Positions 50,148 to 60,313 are shown, counted from the stretch's first letter. The stretch: DNA of 64,000 nucleotides from Halobacteriales archaeon QH_7_69_31 (GCA_003021745.1 PXQY01000072.1:2150-66149); one strand, 5' to 3'. Notes: generated from the letters alone by a model not told the origin. Program-made: numbers and translations.

Positions 50148-51290
50148 ATGGCGTCGACGCCGACCCGGCGTTCGGTCCTCGCGGCCTGTGGGGCTGGCGC
50201 GCTTTCGGGCTGTTCGAACGTGCTCGGCTTGAACCCCCCGCCCGATATCGAGTGTACCGCGTCTACCGAGGGATACGCCTGGCCGATGGCGGGCGGGGCA
50301 GCCGACAGATCAAGCCGACGCCACGCGATTAACATGCCGAGCGCCGATGCCGGGCGTAGAAGGCTCTCCCGGACGAATTCGGCCGGTCGCGGGCTCTCCA
50401 GTTTCGGGACGCCGGTGGTCGGTGACGGGACGGCGTACGTCGTCGGGGACGTGAAGGTCGGCGCCTACGACCTGCTGACCGGCGAGGAACGCTGGGCGTT
50501 CGAGCCTGACGGCGCGAGCGTTTCGCCGGCGCTCGGTTGTGGCACACTCTACGTCGCGACGCATCGGGAGACGCTGGCGCTATCCCTCGACGATGGGTCG
50601 GTCCTGTGGCGCGCCGACGTCGGGACCACCCACTTCGGGTCGCCGGCCGTCTTCGATGACACCGTATACGTCTCCAGCGGTGGGGTGACGGCGCTCGATG
50701 CGGAGACGGGCGAGCGTCGGTGGGACAGCAGTTCGCAGAACGGAACCGCACTCGCGGTTGCCGACAAGGTGTACGGATACGGACACTACGAGGGTACGGA
50801 ATCGATCGCGGCGTTCACCCACGACGGCGACGAGGCGTGGCGGACGGAGGTCGCCGAGGTCGCGTCGACGCCGACGGTCGCCGACGGGACCGTCTACGTG
50901 GCCAAGCGGAACGGCAAACTGACCGCGCTCGACGCCGCGGACGGGACGGTCGAGTGGCGGGCGGAGACCGAATGGGGCGTCTACTCGTCGCCGGCGGTCG
51001 CGGACGAGCGGGTCGTCGTCTCGGCCGGCAACGGCGAGGAGGCGCTCGGGATCGACACGGAGACCGGTGAGGTGCAGTGGCGGTTCGAGACGGGCCTGAG
51101 TACGGTCGCGCCGACGGTCGTCGGTGATTCAGTGATCGTGCATGGGGCAGGATACCACCTGCTCGACCTCGAGACCGGCGAACGGCTGCGACACTGGCCG
51201 GTCCAGCACGCCGGTTCCCAGGCCGTCGTCGTGGATAGCATGATACTCTACCGGGCGTTCACCGTCAGTGACATCTTCCTCCTGCAGTGA
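50148..51290 (+). CDS. Tat lipoprotein with PQQ-like beta-propeller repeats
   Basis: TRRSVL...LSGC; repeated ALDA.TG...W blades. Confidence 0.88.
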   Translation: MASTPTRRSVLAACGAGALSGCSNVLGLNPPPDIECTASTEGYAWPMAGGAADRSSRRHAINMPSADAGRRRLSRTNSAGRGLSSFGTPVVGDGTAYVVGDVKVGAYDLLTGEERWAFEPDGASVSPALGCGTLYVATHRETLALSLDDGSVLWRADVGTTHFGSPAVFDDTVYVSSGGVTALDAETGERRWDSSSQNGTALAVADKVYGYGHYEGTESIAAFTHDGDEAWRTEVAEVASTPTVADGTVYVAKRNGKLTALDAADGTVEWRAETEWGVYSSPAVADERVVVSAGNGEEALGIDTETGEVQWRFETGLSTVAPTVVGDSVIVHGAGYHLLDLETGERLRHWPVQHAGSQAVVVDSMILYRAFTVSDIFLLQ

Positions 51291-51496
51291 CAGTATCGGC
51301 TCCGCCGTCGCTCGGCCCGTACTTGGATTGTATTTTCCCGTTTGGACGTAACGATAGCGAACCTCCGGCTGGGCGTGGGTGAAACGGTCCGAATCGGGCG
51401 CTGGGAGATCCAATGTGGGGGAATCTGTTGGTGTCTCGAGTGACGACCGGAGACCCGATGGATACGTCGCAGACGAGGCTGTACCGTCACAGTCGC

Positions 51497-51650
51497 AAGC
51501 ATCCGCGAGCGCCCGCAGGGCGCGAGCGGTTCACCGGCGGCGAACGTAGTGAGCCGCCGGCTGCGGCTTTTTCCCCAAGTTTTTGCGACCGAGTGGTGCC
51601 CGCAGCGCGCCGAAGGCGCGCGAGGACACCCGAGGGAGTAAAAAGTGGGT
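51497..51650 (+). repeat. About 155-bp dispersed MITE/REP-like element, copy 1
   Basis: AGCATCCGCGAGCGCCCGCAGGGCGCGAGCGGTTCACCGGCGGCGAA...GGAGTAAAAAGTGGG; inverted homolog at 59985-60153. Confidence 0.8.
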
Positions 51651-51653
51651 GTC

Positions 51654-53129
51654 TTAATCCCCGTCGACGACCCCCGCCTCGGCGCCGTCGATGTCGGGCC
51701 GGGCGACCTCGCGGTCGGTGGCCTCGCCGTCGACGTCGTAGGGGTACTCGCCGGTGACACAGCCGAGACAGAGGTCGGCGCGGGACTCCCCGAGGGCGTC
51801 GGCGACGGCGTCGATGGAGAGGTAGGCGAGCGAGTCGGCGTCGATCGCTTCACTGATGGACGCGACGTCCTCGTCGGCGGCGATGAGTTCCTCGCGTGAG
51901 GCCATGTCGATGCCCATGTAGCAGGGCGCGACGATCGGTGGGGAGCCGATCCGCATGTGGACCGCCTCGGCGCCGGCCTCCCGGAGTAGCTGGACGAGCT
52001 GGCTGGAGGTAGTCCCGCGGACGATGGAGTCGTCGATGACGGTGACGGTCCGGCCCTCGACGACGTCCGTGATGGGGTTGAGCTTGAGGCGGACGGCGCG
52101 TTCGCGGGCGTCCTGGGTCGGCATGATGAACGTGCGGCCGACGTAGCGGTTCTTCATGAGGCCCTCGGCGAACTCGACGTCGGCGCCATTCCGTTGGGCG
52201 GCGTCCGCGTAGCCGGACGCGAAGGCACGTCCGGAGTCCGGTACCGGGAGCACGACGTCGCTCTCGACGCCGCTTTCGGCCCAAAGCTTTCGGCCGAGTT
52301 CGCGGCGAACGTCGTACACGAGACTGTCGTCGATGCGGGAGTCCGGGCGCGCGAAGTAAACGTGCTCGAAAAAGCAGTGGGCGGTGTCGTCTGCGTCGAC
52401 GAGCTGGTAGCTGTCGAAGCCCCGGCCCTCGGGTCGGAGGACGACGAGTTCGCCGGGCGCGACGTCGCGGACGAGGTCCCCGTCGAGGACGTCGATTGCG
52501 GCGGACTCCGAAGCGAGCATATAGCCGTCGTCGAGTTCGCCGACGCAGAGCGGCCGGTTGCCCTGCGGGTCCCGGACGCCGAGGACGGTGTCGTCGTGCA
52601 TGATCGAAAGCGAGTAGGAGCCGTGGATCCGGGTCATCGTGCGCTTTACGGCCCGGACCAGGTCGGCCTCCAGGAGGTTCCGCGCGAGGTCGTGGGCGAT
52701 GACCTCGGTGTCGCCGTCGCTCGTGAAGGCGTGGCCCCTGGCAGCGAGTTCCGCCCGCACCTCGTCTGTGTTGACGAGGTTGCCGTTGTGGCTCAGGCCC
52801 AGCGAGCCTGACTTGAACGAGACCGAGAAGGGCTGGGCGCAGGAGGCGTCTAGGCTGCCGGCGGTCGGGTAGCGGACGTGGCCGATGCCGTCGGCGCCGG
52901 AAAGCGACTCGAGGTCCTCGGCGTCGAAGGCGTCGCCGACGAGACCGAGGTCGACGTGGCTGTGCTGCTGGAACCCGTCGTGGGTGACGACGCCGGCGGA
53001 CTCCTGGCCGCGGTGCTGGAGCGCGTACAGCGAGTAGTACAGTGGCCGCGCCGCCTCCCGGCCGTCGAGCGAGACGCCGACGACCCCGCATTTGTCCGTC
53101 GGCCCCGGCTGGTGCCGGCCGTCAGGCAT
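51654..53129 (-). CDS. purF: Amidophosphoribosyltransferase
   Basis: KCGVVG, LQHRGQESAG, GHVRYPT, CFFEHVYFARPDS, IDDSIVRGTT, CLGCVTGEYP. Confidence 0.97.
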   Translation of the reverse strand: MPDGRHQPGPTDKCGVVGVSLDGREAARPLYYSLYALQHRGQESAGVVTHDGFQQHSHVDLGLVGDAFDAEDLESLSGADGIGHVRYPTAGSLDASCAQPFSVSFKSGSLGLSHNGNLVNTDEVRAELAARGHAFTSDGDTEVIAHDLARNLLEADLVRAVKRTMTRIHGSYSLSIMHDDTVLGVRDPQGNRPLCVGELDDGYMLASESAAIDVLDGDLVRDVAPGELVVLRPEGRGFDSYQLVDADDTAHCFFEHVYFARPDSRIDDSLVYDVRRELGRKLWAESGVESDVVLPVPDSGRAFASGYADAAQRNGADVEFAEGLMKNRYVGRTFIMPTQDARERAVRLKLNPITDVVEGRTVTVIDDSIVRGTTSSQLVQLLREAGAEAVHMRIGSPPIVAPCYMGIDMASREELIAADEDVASISEAIDADSLAYLSIDAVADALGESRADLCLGCVTGEYPYDVDGEATDREVARPDIDGAEAGVVDGD

Positions 53130-53323
53130 GGACGGTGTTCCGTCACCCAGCGGTAAAAATGCACTCCATCGTGTCGGTCGACCGGGTAACCACGACCGTG
53201 CTTATACACGAACGTGGATAATCGACGGGTCGATGGGAACATCTACCTCGGTTCCTCCCGGGGCGACGTGGAATGGAGCTAGAGCAGCAGCTTCTACGCG
53301 TCGAACGCGGAGCGGACGACGGG

Positions 53324-53497
53324 TTACTCCGCTTGCTTGGACGTCCACTCGTAGTCGCGCCGCTTTGCGGACTTGCCGAAGCCGCAGGCCGCACAGACCT
53401 TCTTCGTCGAGTGGTAGGATTTCTCGCCGCACCGACGACAGGTGACGTGTGTCGTCTTGTTCTTCTTACCCTGGCTCGGGGTCCCGGCACCGGTCAT
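53324..53497 (-). CDS. rpl37e: 50S ribosomal protein L37e
   Basis: Not in ORF track; manual translation [51 protein letters not shown]. Confidence 0.95.
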   Translation of the reverse strand: MTGAGTPSQGKKNKTTHVTCRRCGEKSYHSTKKVCAACGFGKSAKRRDYEWTSKQAE

Positions 53498-53679
53498 GGC
53501 TGTATCGAGACGACGTTGTCGCCGCGGATAATGGTTACGTTGTCGCCCCCCTCCAGGACCAGGTTCATGTGCTGGTCGTAGCCGCCCAGGACGCCGTCGT
53601 ACGTCTCACCGCCCTTCAGCGTGACGCTGACTTCCGATCCCAGGGTCGCTTCGAGCACATCTAGCGGTCGGTCGGTCAT
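53494..53679 (-). CDS. lsm: Sm-like (Lsm) protein
   Basis: [26 protein letters not shown]; ATGA overlap with rpl37e. Confidence 0.95.
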   Translation of the reverse strand: MTDRPLDVLEATLGSEVSVTLKGGETYDGVLGGYDQHMNLVLEGGDNVTIIRGDNVVSIQP

Positions 53680-53785
53680 GTGGACGGCCGCTCCCGCCGG
53701 CGGCATAAACGCTCCGGCACGCCGCCAGGCGACGAGGCCCCGCCACTCTCGGCACCCATAAGTGGCCGTCCCCCGAACCACCGGT

Positions 53786-54049
53786 ATGGTCGAGATAACC
53801 GTACTGGAGGTCCACCTCGAGGACTCGGAGCTGACCGCCACCGGCTCGACGCCCTTCGGCCCGGGCGAGAAGACCGTCGCGGCCGGCGGCGAGCCATCCG
53901 ACCCCGAGGGCGGGTCCAGGGCCGGGACGGCGCTCGGGGCCCTCCTCGGACTCGCATTCCTGGTCGTCGTTGCCTATCTGGCCAGGCGCCGGGGCCTCGA
54001 CGGCGACTTGCCGGACGACCTCGCCGAGCGGTTCGACGTCGCGTCCTGA
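53786..54049 (+). CDS. Small membrane-anchored hypothetical protein
   Basis: ITVLEVHLEDS N-terminus, single TM helix, precedes the zincin gene. Confidence 0.65.
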   Translation: MVEITVLEVHLEDSELTATGSTPFGPGEKTVAAGGEPSDPEGGSRAGTALGALLGLAFLVVVAYLARRRGLDGDLPDDLAERFDVAS

Positions 54050-54086
54050 TAGCCCGCGGGCCAAAAGCGGAACCAGCGAAGGGACA

Positions 54087-54200
54087 CCGCTGGGGCATAC
54101 ACGGGTCATCGACATGGATATCGAGGGGTTCTCGACCAGAACATTCAGGGGTTGCAACCGGGACACCCACGGGTCCTCAACCAGGACACCCACGGGTCCC
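54087..54200. repeat. Degenerate ~23-bp tandem array
   Basis: CAACCGGGACACCCACGGGTCCT and CAACCAGGACACCCACGGGTCCC plus 2-3 diverged upstream copies. Confidence 0.55.
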
Positions 54201-54235
54201 GGAACTCCTTTGACCCGCGGTACGGTACCGCACCT

Positions 54236-55180
54236 GTGAACCTCTATCGCGCCGTCCGGGCGGTCGCGGACTCCGGCGGCGAGGGGCCGGTCGACTGGAC
54301 CGCCGCCGGCACCGCCGCCAGGGCCGGGACCGACGCGGGGGACCTGGCGCTGTCGACGGCCGACCGTCGGGCTTACGCCGCCGACGTGGGCGAGGCCCGC
54401 GACGCCATCCGCGAGGCATCGGGGCTGGCGTTCGACGTGCCGGCGACCGTCCAGGTCCAGGACCGCCACCACTGGATCGACGCGAACCTCCCGACGTTCC
54501 GGCGGCTGCTTGCGCCCCTCGAGGGCCGGACCGGGCTGGCGCCGTCGTTGGCCCGGTCGGCAAACACCGCATCGATGGCCGTGACGCTCGGGTTCCTCGC
54601 GAACAACGTCCTCGGGCAGTACGACCCGGTCCTTTTGGCCGACGGCGACCACCAGCTATACTTCATCCACCCGAACATCGAGGCGGTCGCCGGGACGCTC
54701 GCCGTCGACCGCGACCGGTTCCGCCGCTGGATCGTGTTCCACGAGGTCGCCCACGCCGCCGAGTTCGGCGCGGCGCCGTGGCTCACAGAGCACCTGGAGG
54801 GGCTGGTCCGTGAGGTGGTCGCTGCACTGGCGGCGGGGAGCCTCGACCGCGACGCGCTCCGTGCGCTCGATGTCACGATGACCGCCGTCGAGGGCTACGC
54901 CGAACTCCTCATGGACGCGGCGTTCGACCGGGAGCACGCCGACCTGCGGGAGCGACTCGACGCGAAGCGCCGGGCGACCGGTCCGATCGCCGCACTCCTC
55001 CGGCGGCTCATCGGTCTGGGGCTGAAACGGCGGCAGTACGAGCGCGGCAAGGCGTTTTTCGACGCTATCGCCGCCGCCCGTAGCACCGAGGCCGCCGGCG
55101 CGGTCTGGGAGCGCCCGGAGCACCTCCCGACGGACGCGGAACTGGACGAGCCGGAGCGGTGGCTCGCCAGGGTGGCCTGA
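54236..55180 (+). CDS. Zinc-dependent metalloprotease (Zincin_2 family)
   Basis: VLGQYDP, FHEVAHAAEF (HExxH), MTAVEGYAE, QYERG. Confidence 0.88.
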   Translation: MNLYRAVRAVADSGGEGPVDWTAAGTAARAGTDAGDLALSTADRRAYAADVGEARDAIREASGLAFDVPATVQVQDRHHWIDANLPTFRRLLAPLEGRTGLAPSLARSANTASMAVTLGFLANNVLGQYDPVLLADGDHQLYFIHPNIEAVAGTLAVDRDRFRRWIVFHEVAHAAEFGAAPWLTEHLEGLVREVVAALAAGSLDRDALRALDVTMTAVEGYAELLMDAAFDREHADLRERLDAKRRATGPIAALLRRLIGLGLKRRQYERGKAFFDAIAAARSTEAAGAVWERPEHLPTDAELDEPERWLARVA

Positions 55181-55333
55181 TACTGCCGGACGGACGTGCC
55201 TGGAGATCAATTCACGAAGATGGCCTCCGCTCCGGTCACAACCGGGCGAACGGCGTCACGGGACGTCCGGCAGAAGACGGCTCGACTCGCGCAGAACCCA
55301 TAAGTGTCGTCGCCACGTATGTTGACACGACGC

Positions 55334-55648
55334 ATGGAGAACCTGGTATGGTTTGCCGCCGCGGGAATTCTGTTCGTCCTGCTCCACGTGGCGGTCGCAG
55401 CGTTCCTCTATCGGGCCGCGGCGTCCGGCGACCCCGACCCCGCCGGGGAGTACCTGCCGGCGCGGGACGCCGACGAGCGGACGGTCCCAAACCGAGCGGC
55501 CAGCGGCCCGGACGACCGGGTCCCGTGTCCGAGTTGCGGGGTGCCGAACGATCCCCGCTATCGCTTCTGCCGTCGCTGCGTGGCGGACCTCCAGGCCAGC
55601 GTGACCGCCGCGACGGGCGGCAACGGTCGGAAACGCCTGGGGAGCTGA
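55334..55648 (+). CDS. Membrane-anchored zinc-ribbon protein
   Basis: N-terminal TM helix; CPSCG..N...YRFCRRC. Confidence 0.75.
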   Translation: MENLVWFAAAGILFVLLHVAVAAFLYRAAASGDPDPAGEYLPARDADERTVPNRAASGPDDRVPCPSCGVPNDPRYRFCRRCVADLQASVTAATGGNGRKRLGS

Positions 55649-55765
55649 TACTGCCGGCTGTACGTCTCTGGAGACCACGCGACATTATCCGGTTGGATGC
55701 CTTCCAGAGGCTCCTCTTCGGGACAGGACCGCTTCAGGTAGGTATAGCCGGCAGGATGAGCCGGT

Positions 55766-56134
55766 TCAGACGGCCTCGAACCGCGGCGCCGGGTTCCCCT
55801 GATCGTCCTCCAGGAAGCCCGCGAGCACCACGTCGTCGCCGATGGCCACGGCCTCGTCGTCCAGCCGCCCCGTGACCCGTGCGTCGCCGAGATCGACCAC
55901 GGCCACCTGGTAGCCGCGCTCCTCGACGCCCGCCGGCGGGACCTCGATCGTCGTCTCGGTGTAGACGGCCCCACGGGTCGGCAGGTCGACGAGTTCCAGC
56001 GACCGGGCGCCGCAGTGGGGGCAGGCGGCCGTCGGCGCCCCCACCGTCGCCCCGCAGTCCCGGCACGTTGCACCGAGCAGTCGGCCGTCCCGGAGCGCCG
56101 CCGTCCACTCGTCGTGGGTGAGCCCCTCGGTCAT
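55766..56134 (-). CDS. Zn-ribbon/OB-fold (DUF35) protein
   Basis: CRDCG...P..ACPHCG; ATGA overlap with the thiolase. Confidence 0.85.
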   Translation of the reverse strand: MTEGLTHDEWTAALRDGRLLGATCRDCGATVGAPTAACPHCGARSLELVDLPTRGAVYTETTIEVPPAGVEERGYQVAVVDLGDARVTGRLDDEAVAIGDDVVLAGFLEDDQGNPAPRFEAV

Positions 56135-57297
56135 GGCCGGGCCTCCATGACGCTGACGACGGTGGTCGCGGCGTCGCCGCCGAGGTTGTGGGCGACGGCG
56201 CGCTCGGCGTCCGCTATCTGTCGCTCGCCGGCCTCGCCGCGAAGGTGTTCGGCGAGTTCGACGATCTGGGCCGTCCCGGTCGCGCCGATCGGGTGGCCCT
56301 TCGCCTTCAGGCCGCCCGAGGGGTTGATCGGGACGTCGCCGTCCCGGGCGGTCCGACCGTCCGCGGCGGCGACGCCGCCCTGGCCGTCCTCGACTAGGCC
56401 GAGCGCCTCGCTGGCCAGGACTTCGGCGCCGGTGAAACAGTCGTGGACCTCCGCGAAGTCCATCGCGTCGGCGCCCGCGCCGGCCTGCTCGTAGGCCGCG
56501 GCGGCGGCGTCGCGGGCAGGCTTGGTCACGTGTGGGGTCGCCTTGTCCGCGATGGGGACGACGCCCGTGGCGTGACCGACCCCGGCGACGTCGACCGGCG
56601 CGTCGTGGGAGTCCGCCAGGTCGTCGGCGACCACGACGACGGCGCTGGCGCCGTCGGAGAACGGACAACAGTCCATGAGCCGGAACGGGTCGGCGACGAC
56701 GGGGCCGTCGAGCACCGCCTCGACGGAAGTCTCCCTGCCAAAGTGCGCCCGCGGGTTCAGCGCCCCGTTCCCGTGGTTCTTCACGGCGACATGCGCCAGC
56801 TGCTCTTCGGTGGTGCCATATTCGTGCATGTGGCGCTTCGTCAGCAGCGCGAACACGCCGGGGAACGTCAGGCCGGCGGGCTGTTCGTACTGGCGGTGGG
56901 CGGCGGAGGCGAAGATCCGGGTCATCGCGGCGGTGTCCTTCCCCGTCTCCGGCGTGCACCGCTCGACGCCGCCGACGAGTACCACGTCGTGGATGCCGGC
57001 GTCGACCGCCTGGACGGCGTTCTTGAACGCGTTCGCCGACGTGGCACAGGCGTCCTCGTACCGCTGGACGGGGATGCCGGCGAGGCCGACGTGGGAGGCA
57101 GCGGTCGGCCCGAGGTGGGTGTCGTTCTCGGCCTGGCCGCCCATCGCGTTCCCGAAGTACAACGCCTCGACGTCCGTGGTCTCGACCCCGGCGTCGTCCA
57201 GCGCCTCGAGGGCGGCCGCAGCGAACAGTTCCTGGAGGGGCGTGTCGTGGACACCGAAGGTCGTCATCCCGGCGCCGACGACAGCGGCTCGTGCCAT
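56131..57297 (-). CDS. Thiolase-family protein
   Basis: EDACAT, AVKNH, DCCPFSDGA, EVHDCF, GGLKAKGHPIGATG. Confidence 0.92.
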   Translation of the reverse strand: MARAAVVGAGMTTFGVHDTPLQELFAAAALEALDDAGVETTDVEALYFGNAMGGQAENDTHLGPTAASHVGLAGIPVQRYEDACATSANAFKNAVQAVDAGIHDVVLVGGVERCTPETGKDTAAMTRIFASAAHRQYEQPAGLTFPGVFALLTKRHMHEYGTTEEQLAHVAVKNHGNGALNPRAHFGRETSVEAVLDGPVVADPFRLMDCCPFSDGASAVVVVADDLADSHDAPVDVAGVGHATGVVPIADKATPHVTKPARDAAAAAYEQAGAGADAMDFAEVHDCFTGAEVLASEALGLVEDGQGGVAAADGRTARDGDVPINPSGGLKAKGHPIGATGTAQIVELAEHLRGEAGERQIADAERAVAHNLGGDAATTVVSVMEARP

Positions 57298-57359
57298 GTA
57301 GCGACCGTTGCGGTCGAGCGCCTAATAACGCGACCGGTCCCGGGACGCCTCGTCACCGG

Positions 57360-57596
57360 TCACTCCCGGTACTCGCGGTCGGTGCCGGGCGAGACGTCCG
57401 CCAGGTCCGGAAAGAGGAACCAGACCAGGGCGGCGCCGACGACGAGCCCGCCGGCGACTGCCGCCGCGACGATCGGCCAGGCGGCCTCGCCCTGGGAGGT
57501 GATGAGGCCGCCGGAGAGCCCGACCAACAGCACGACGCCGACCTTCAGCCGGGTCATGGTCCGCGTGCGGTCCTCCCGCGAGATGGGGCCCGCCAT
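57360..57596 (-). CDS. Small two-TM membrane protein
   Basis: Two hydrophobic helices; coupled to the upstream gene. Confidence 0.7.
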   Translation of the reverse strand: MAGPISREDRTRTMTRLKVGVVLLVGLSGGLITSQGEAAWPIVAAAVAGGLVVGAALVWFLFPDLADVSPGTDREYRE

Positions 57597-57991
57597 CAGC
57601 CGGCGTCTCCCTCGGTGCTAACGTGCATCCCGACGAACCGCCAGTCGGTTCCGAGGTCGGCGTCGTCCGCGCCGTGCTTGAGCGTGCCGCTCCACCGCGT
57701 GTCGAACTCGTGGCGGTGGTCCCGGTCGGTGTCCGTCCAGGCCATGGAGACGTCGTCGGCAAACCAGGCGTGGTCGTCGCTCTCCTCGACGACGAGACGT
57801 TCGGAGTCGACCACCCAGGCCTCGGTGCTGGTGGTCTGGGCCTCGAGGCCGCTCCGGACCTCCTCGTAGCCGGTGAGCCGCTCGCCGATGCCGAACTTGA
57901 CCGTGGTCCCCGCACGGACGAAGAATGGGTACAGCGACTCGCCGTCGCGGAGGGCGTCGTAATACGCGCTGACGGTGGCCTCGGCGTCCAT
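57596..57991 (-). CDS. SnoaL/NTF2-like protein
   Basis: YYDALR, HAWFAD, TRWSGTL, WRFVGMHVS. Confidence 0.82.
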   Translation of the reverse strand: MDAEATVSAYYDALRDGESLYPFFVRAGTTVKFGIGERLTGYEEVRSGLEAQTTSTEAWVVDSERLVVEESDDHAWFADDVSMAWTDTDRDHRHEFDTRWSGTLKHGADDADLGTDWRFVGMHVSTEGDAG

Positions 57992-58200
57992 GCGCCGGCT
58001 TCGGACCGGCCGGACTTACCGGTACTGGAATCGGGCGGCGGGGGACGCCGCCGAGCGGTGGTTCAGGTGTCACCCCTTGAGGTTAGTTTCAAGCGGACCC
58101 GAGAGGTCGAGACGGTACCGCTGCCAACCATCAGTAAACTTGTTGTTCGTTTACTCCCGTCCGAAATCATGATGGGCCGGCCCGCGCATCCTCCGACGGG

Positions 58201-59019
58201 ATGGTCACGAGCGACGAACTCGGCAACGACGACCTCGCGGTTACGGTGGCCGACGACGACCTCGTCGTGCGTGCCACCATCGACCGCGAGGCGGACCGCA
58301 ACGCCCTCAACCAGGAGGTCATCGGCGGCCTCCTCGACGTCTTCGAGTACGCCGACGACGGGGACGCCCGCGTCGTCGTCATCCGCGGCGCCGGCGGCAC
58401 GTTCTGTGCCGGCGGGGACGTCAAGTCGATGGCAAGCGCCATCGGCCAGGATTCGCAGGCCTACCGCGAGGGCTTCGCCGGCATGAAGGACCTCGTGTCG
58501 GCCGCGGTCGACACCGCCGCGCTCACCGTCGCCGCCGTCGAGGGCTACTGTCTCGCCGGCGGGATGGGGCTGGCCGGCGCCTGCGACGTCGTCATCGCCA
58601 GCGACGAGGCGACGTTCGGCACCCCGGAGGTCGACATCGGCATCTTCCCCGCCCAGGCCCTGGTTCCGATCATGCGCACGGTGAACGAGAAGCAGGCGTT
58701 CAAGTACCTGTTCACTGGCGAACACTTCGACGCCGAGACCGCACACGACATTGGGTTTACCACCGACGTCGTCCCGGCCGACGAGTTCGACGCCGAACTC
58801 GATGACCTCCTCGACGACCTCGTCACGCCGTCGTCGTTCATGATCGAGATCGGCAAGGAGGCGTTCTACACCCAGCGGGAGATGGGGTTCGAGGAGGCGC
58901 TGGACTACATGCGCGAGATGGTGACCCTGCTGGCGATGAGCGACGGCGCCGAGGCCGGCTTCGACGCCTTCCTCACCGACTCGACGCCCGACTGGAAGGG
59001 CCGCCCGGACGAGGAATGA
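58201..59019 (+). CDS. Enoyl-CoA hydratase/isomerase
   Basis: RNAL, FCAGGD, GYCLAGG, FGTPEVDIG. Confidence 0.92.
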   Translation: MVTSDELGNDDLAVTVADDDLVVRATIDREADRNALNQEVIGGLLDVFEYADDGDARVVVIRGAGGTFCAGGDVKSMASAIGQDSQAYREGFAGMKDLVSAAVDTAALTVAAVEGYCLAGGMGLAGACDVVIASDEATFGTPEVDIGIFPAQALVPIMRTVNEKQAFKYLFTGEHFDAETAHDIGFTTDVVPADEFDAELDDLLDDLVTPSSFMIEIGKEAFYTQREMGFEEALDYMREMVTLLAMSDGAEAGFDAFLTDSTPDWKGRPDEE

Positions 59020-59088
59020 CACACGCGACGAACGATCACCACCAGCACGTCGACGATCGACCGATCCACCGACCCACCCGAATAATCC

Positions 59089-59979
59089 ATGACCATAGCG
59101 CAGGAATCCGTCAAAGGCAACGACCCCGAGAAGGCAGTCATCAGCGCGGCGCTCACCGGCGCGCTGACGACCCGCGACCAATGTGAGGCGATCCCGTACA
59201 CGCCGGAGGAGATCGCCGAGGACGCCGCCGAGGCCCGCGAGAACGGGGCCGCGATCGCCCACATCCACGCCCGGACCGAGAACGGCTCCCCTACGTTCGA
59301 CGAGGAGATCTACCAGGCGGTCCACGACGAGGTCCGGGCCCGTACGGACATCCTCGTCAACTTCTCGACCGGCGCGCTGCACGAACCGGTCGAGTCCCGC
59401 ATCGAGTACGTCGAGGGCGTCCAGCCCGACATCGCGGCGCTGAACATGGGCTCGATGAACTACGCGAAGTACAGCGAGAGCCGCGACGACTTCGTCTTCG
59501 ACATGGTGTTCGAGAACCCGTTCAACGAGATCCGGGACCTCCTGGGTGCGATGAACGACGCCGGCGTCAAACCCGAACTCGAGTGCTTCGACACCGGCCA
59601 CGTCGGCAACGTCCGGCCGTTCCTCGAATCCGGCGACCTGGAGCCGCCGCTGAACTTTTCGCTCATCATGGGCGTGCTCGGCGGCATCCCGCCGTCGATC
59701 GAGAACCTCGCCCACCAGGTCCGGCAGGTGCCCGACGACGCCAACTGGCAGGTCATCGGCATCTCGCGGGACCAGTGGCAGCTCGCCGCCGGCGCCCTGG
59801 CGATGGGTGGCAACATCCGCGTCGGTCTGGAGGACAACTTCTACCTGCCCCACGGGGAGATGTCGACGAACCCCGAACTCGTCGCCAAGGCGGCCGAGTT
59901 GACGCGGAACGTAGGCCGCGAACCCGCGACGCCGGAGGAAGCGGCCGAGATCATGGAGATCGACGCCGATCACCTTTGA
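59089..59979 (+). CDS. Beta-keto acid cleavage enzyme (Kce/DUF849 family)
   Basis: ALTGA, PYTPEEIA, HIHAR, LNMGSMN, KPELECFD, RVGLEDN. Confidence 0.92.
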   Translation: MTIAQESVKGNDPEKAVISAALTGALTTRDQCEAIPYTPEEIAEDAAEARENGAAIAHIHARTENGSPTFDEEIYQAVHDEVRARTDILVNFSTGALHEPVESRIEYVEGVQPDIAALNMGSMNYAKYSESRDDFVFDMVFENPFNEIRDLLGAMNDAGVKPELECFDTGHVGNVRPFLESGDLEPPLNFSLIMGVLGGIPPSIENLAHQVRQVPDDANWQVIGISRDQWQLAAGALAMGGNIRVGLEDNFYLPHGEMSTNPELVAKAAELTRNVGREPATPEEAAEIMEIDADHL

Positions 59980-59984
59980 ACAGC

Positions 59985-60153
59985 CCCCACTCTTTACTCC
60001 TTCAGGCTTCCTCGCGCGACCCTGCGGGTCGCGCTGCGGAGAGCCACTCATTCGAAAAAACGTGGGGAAAAAGCCGCAGCCGGCGGCTCAGCGGCCGACG
60101 GCCGCTTCGCCGCCGGTGAACCGCTCGCGCCCTGCGGGCGCTCGCGGATGCTC
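59985..60153 (-). repeat. Dispersed MITE/REP-like element, copy 2 (inverted)
   Basis: Reverse complement aligns to 51497-51650, with differences mainly in hairpin tips. Confidence 0.8.
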
Positions 60154-60313
60154 AGCCCCTTTAGGATCGCAGTCTGTATCGGTAGTGGTTGAAACACCCT
60201 GACAGAGTGTATCTGGATGTGATCATATGAAGCGTGCTGAATAGAGAGAGGCTGTAGTCAGCGTTCCCACCGGCCCGAATCTGGGGTGTTACCCAGGACG
60301 ATGGTACCATCCA

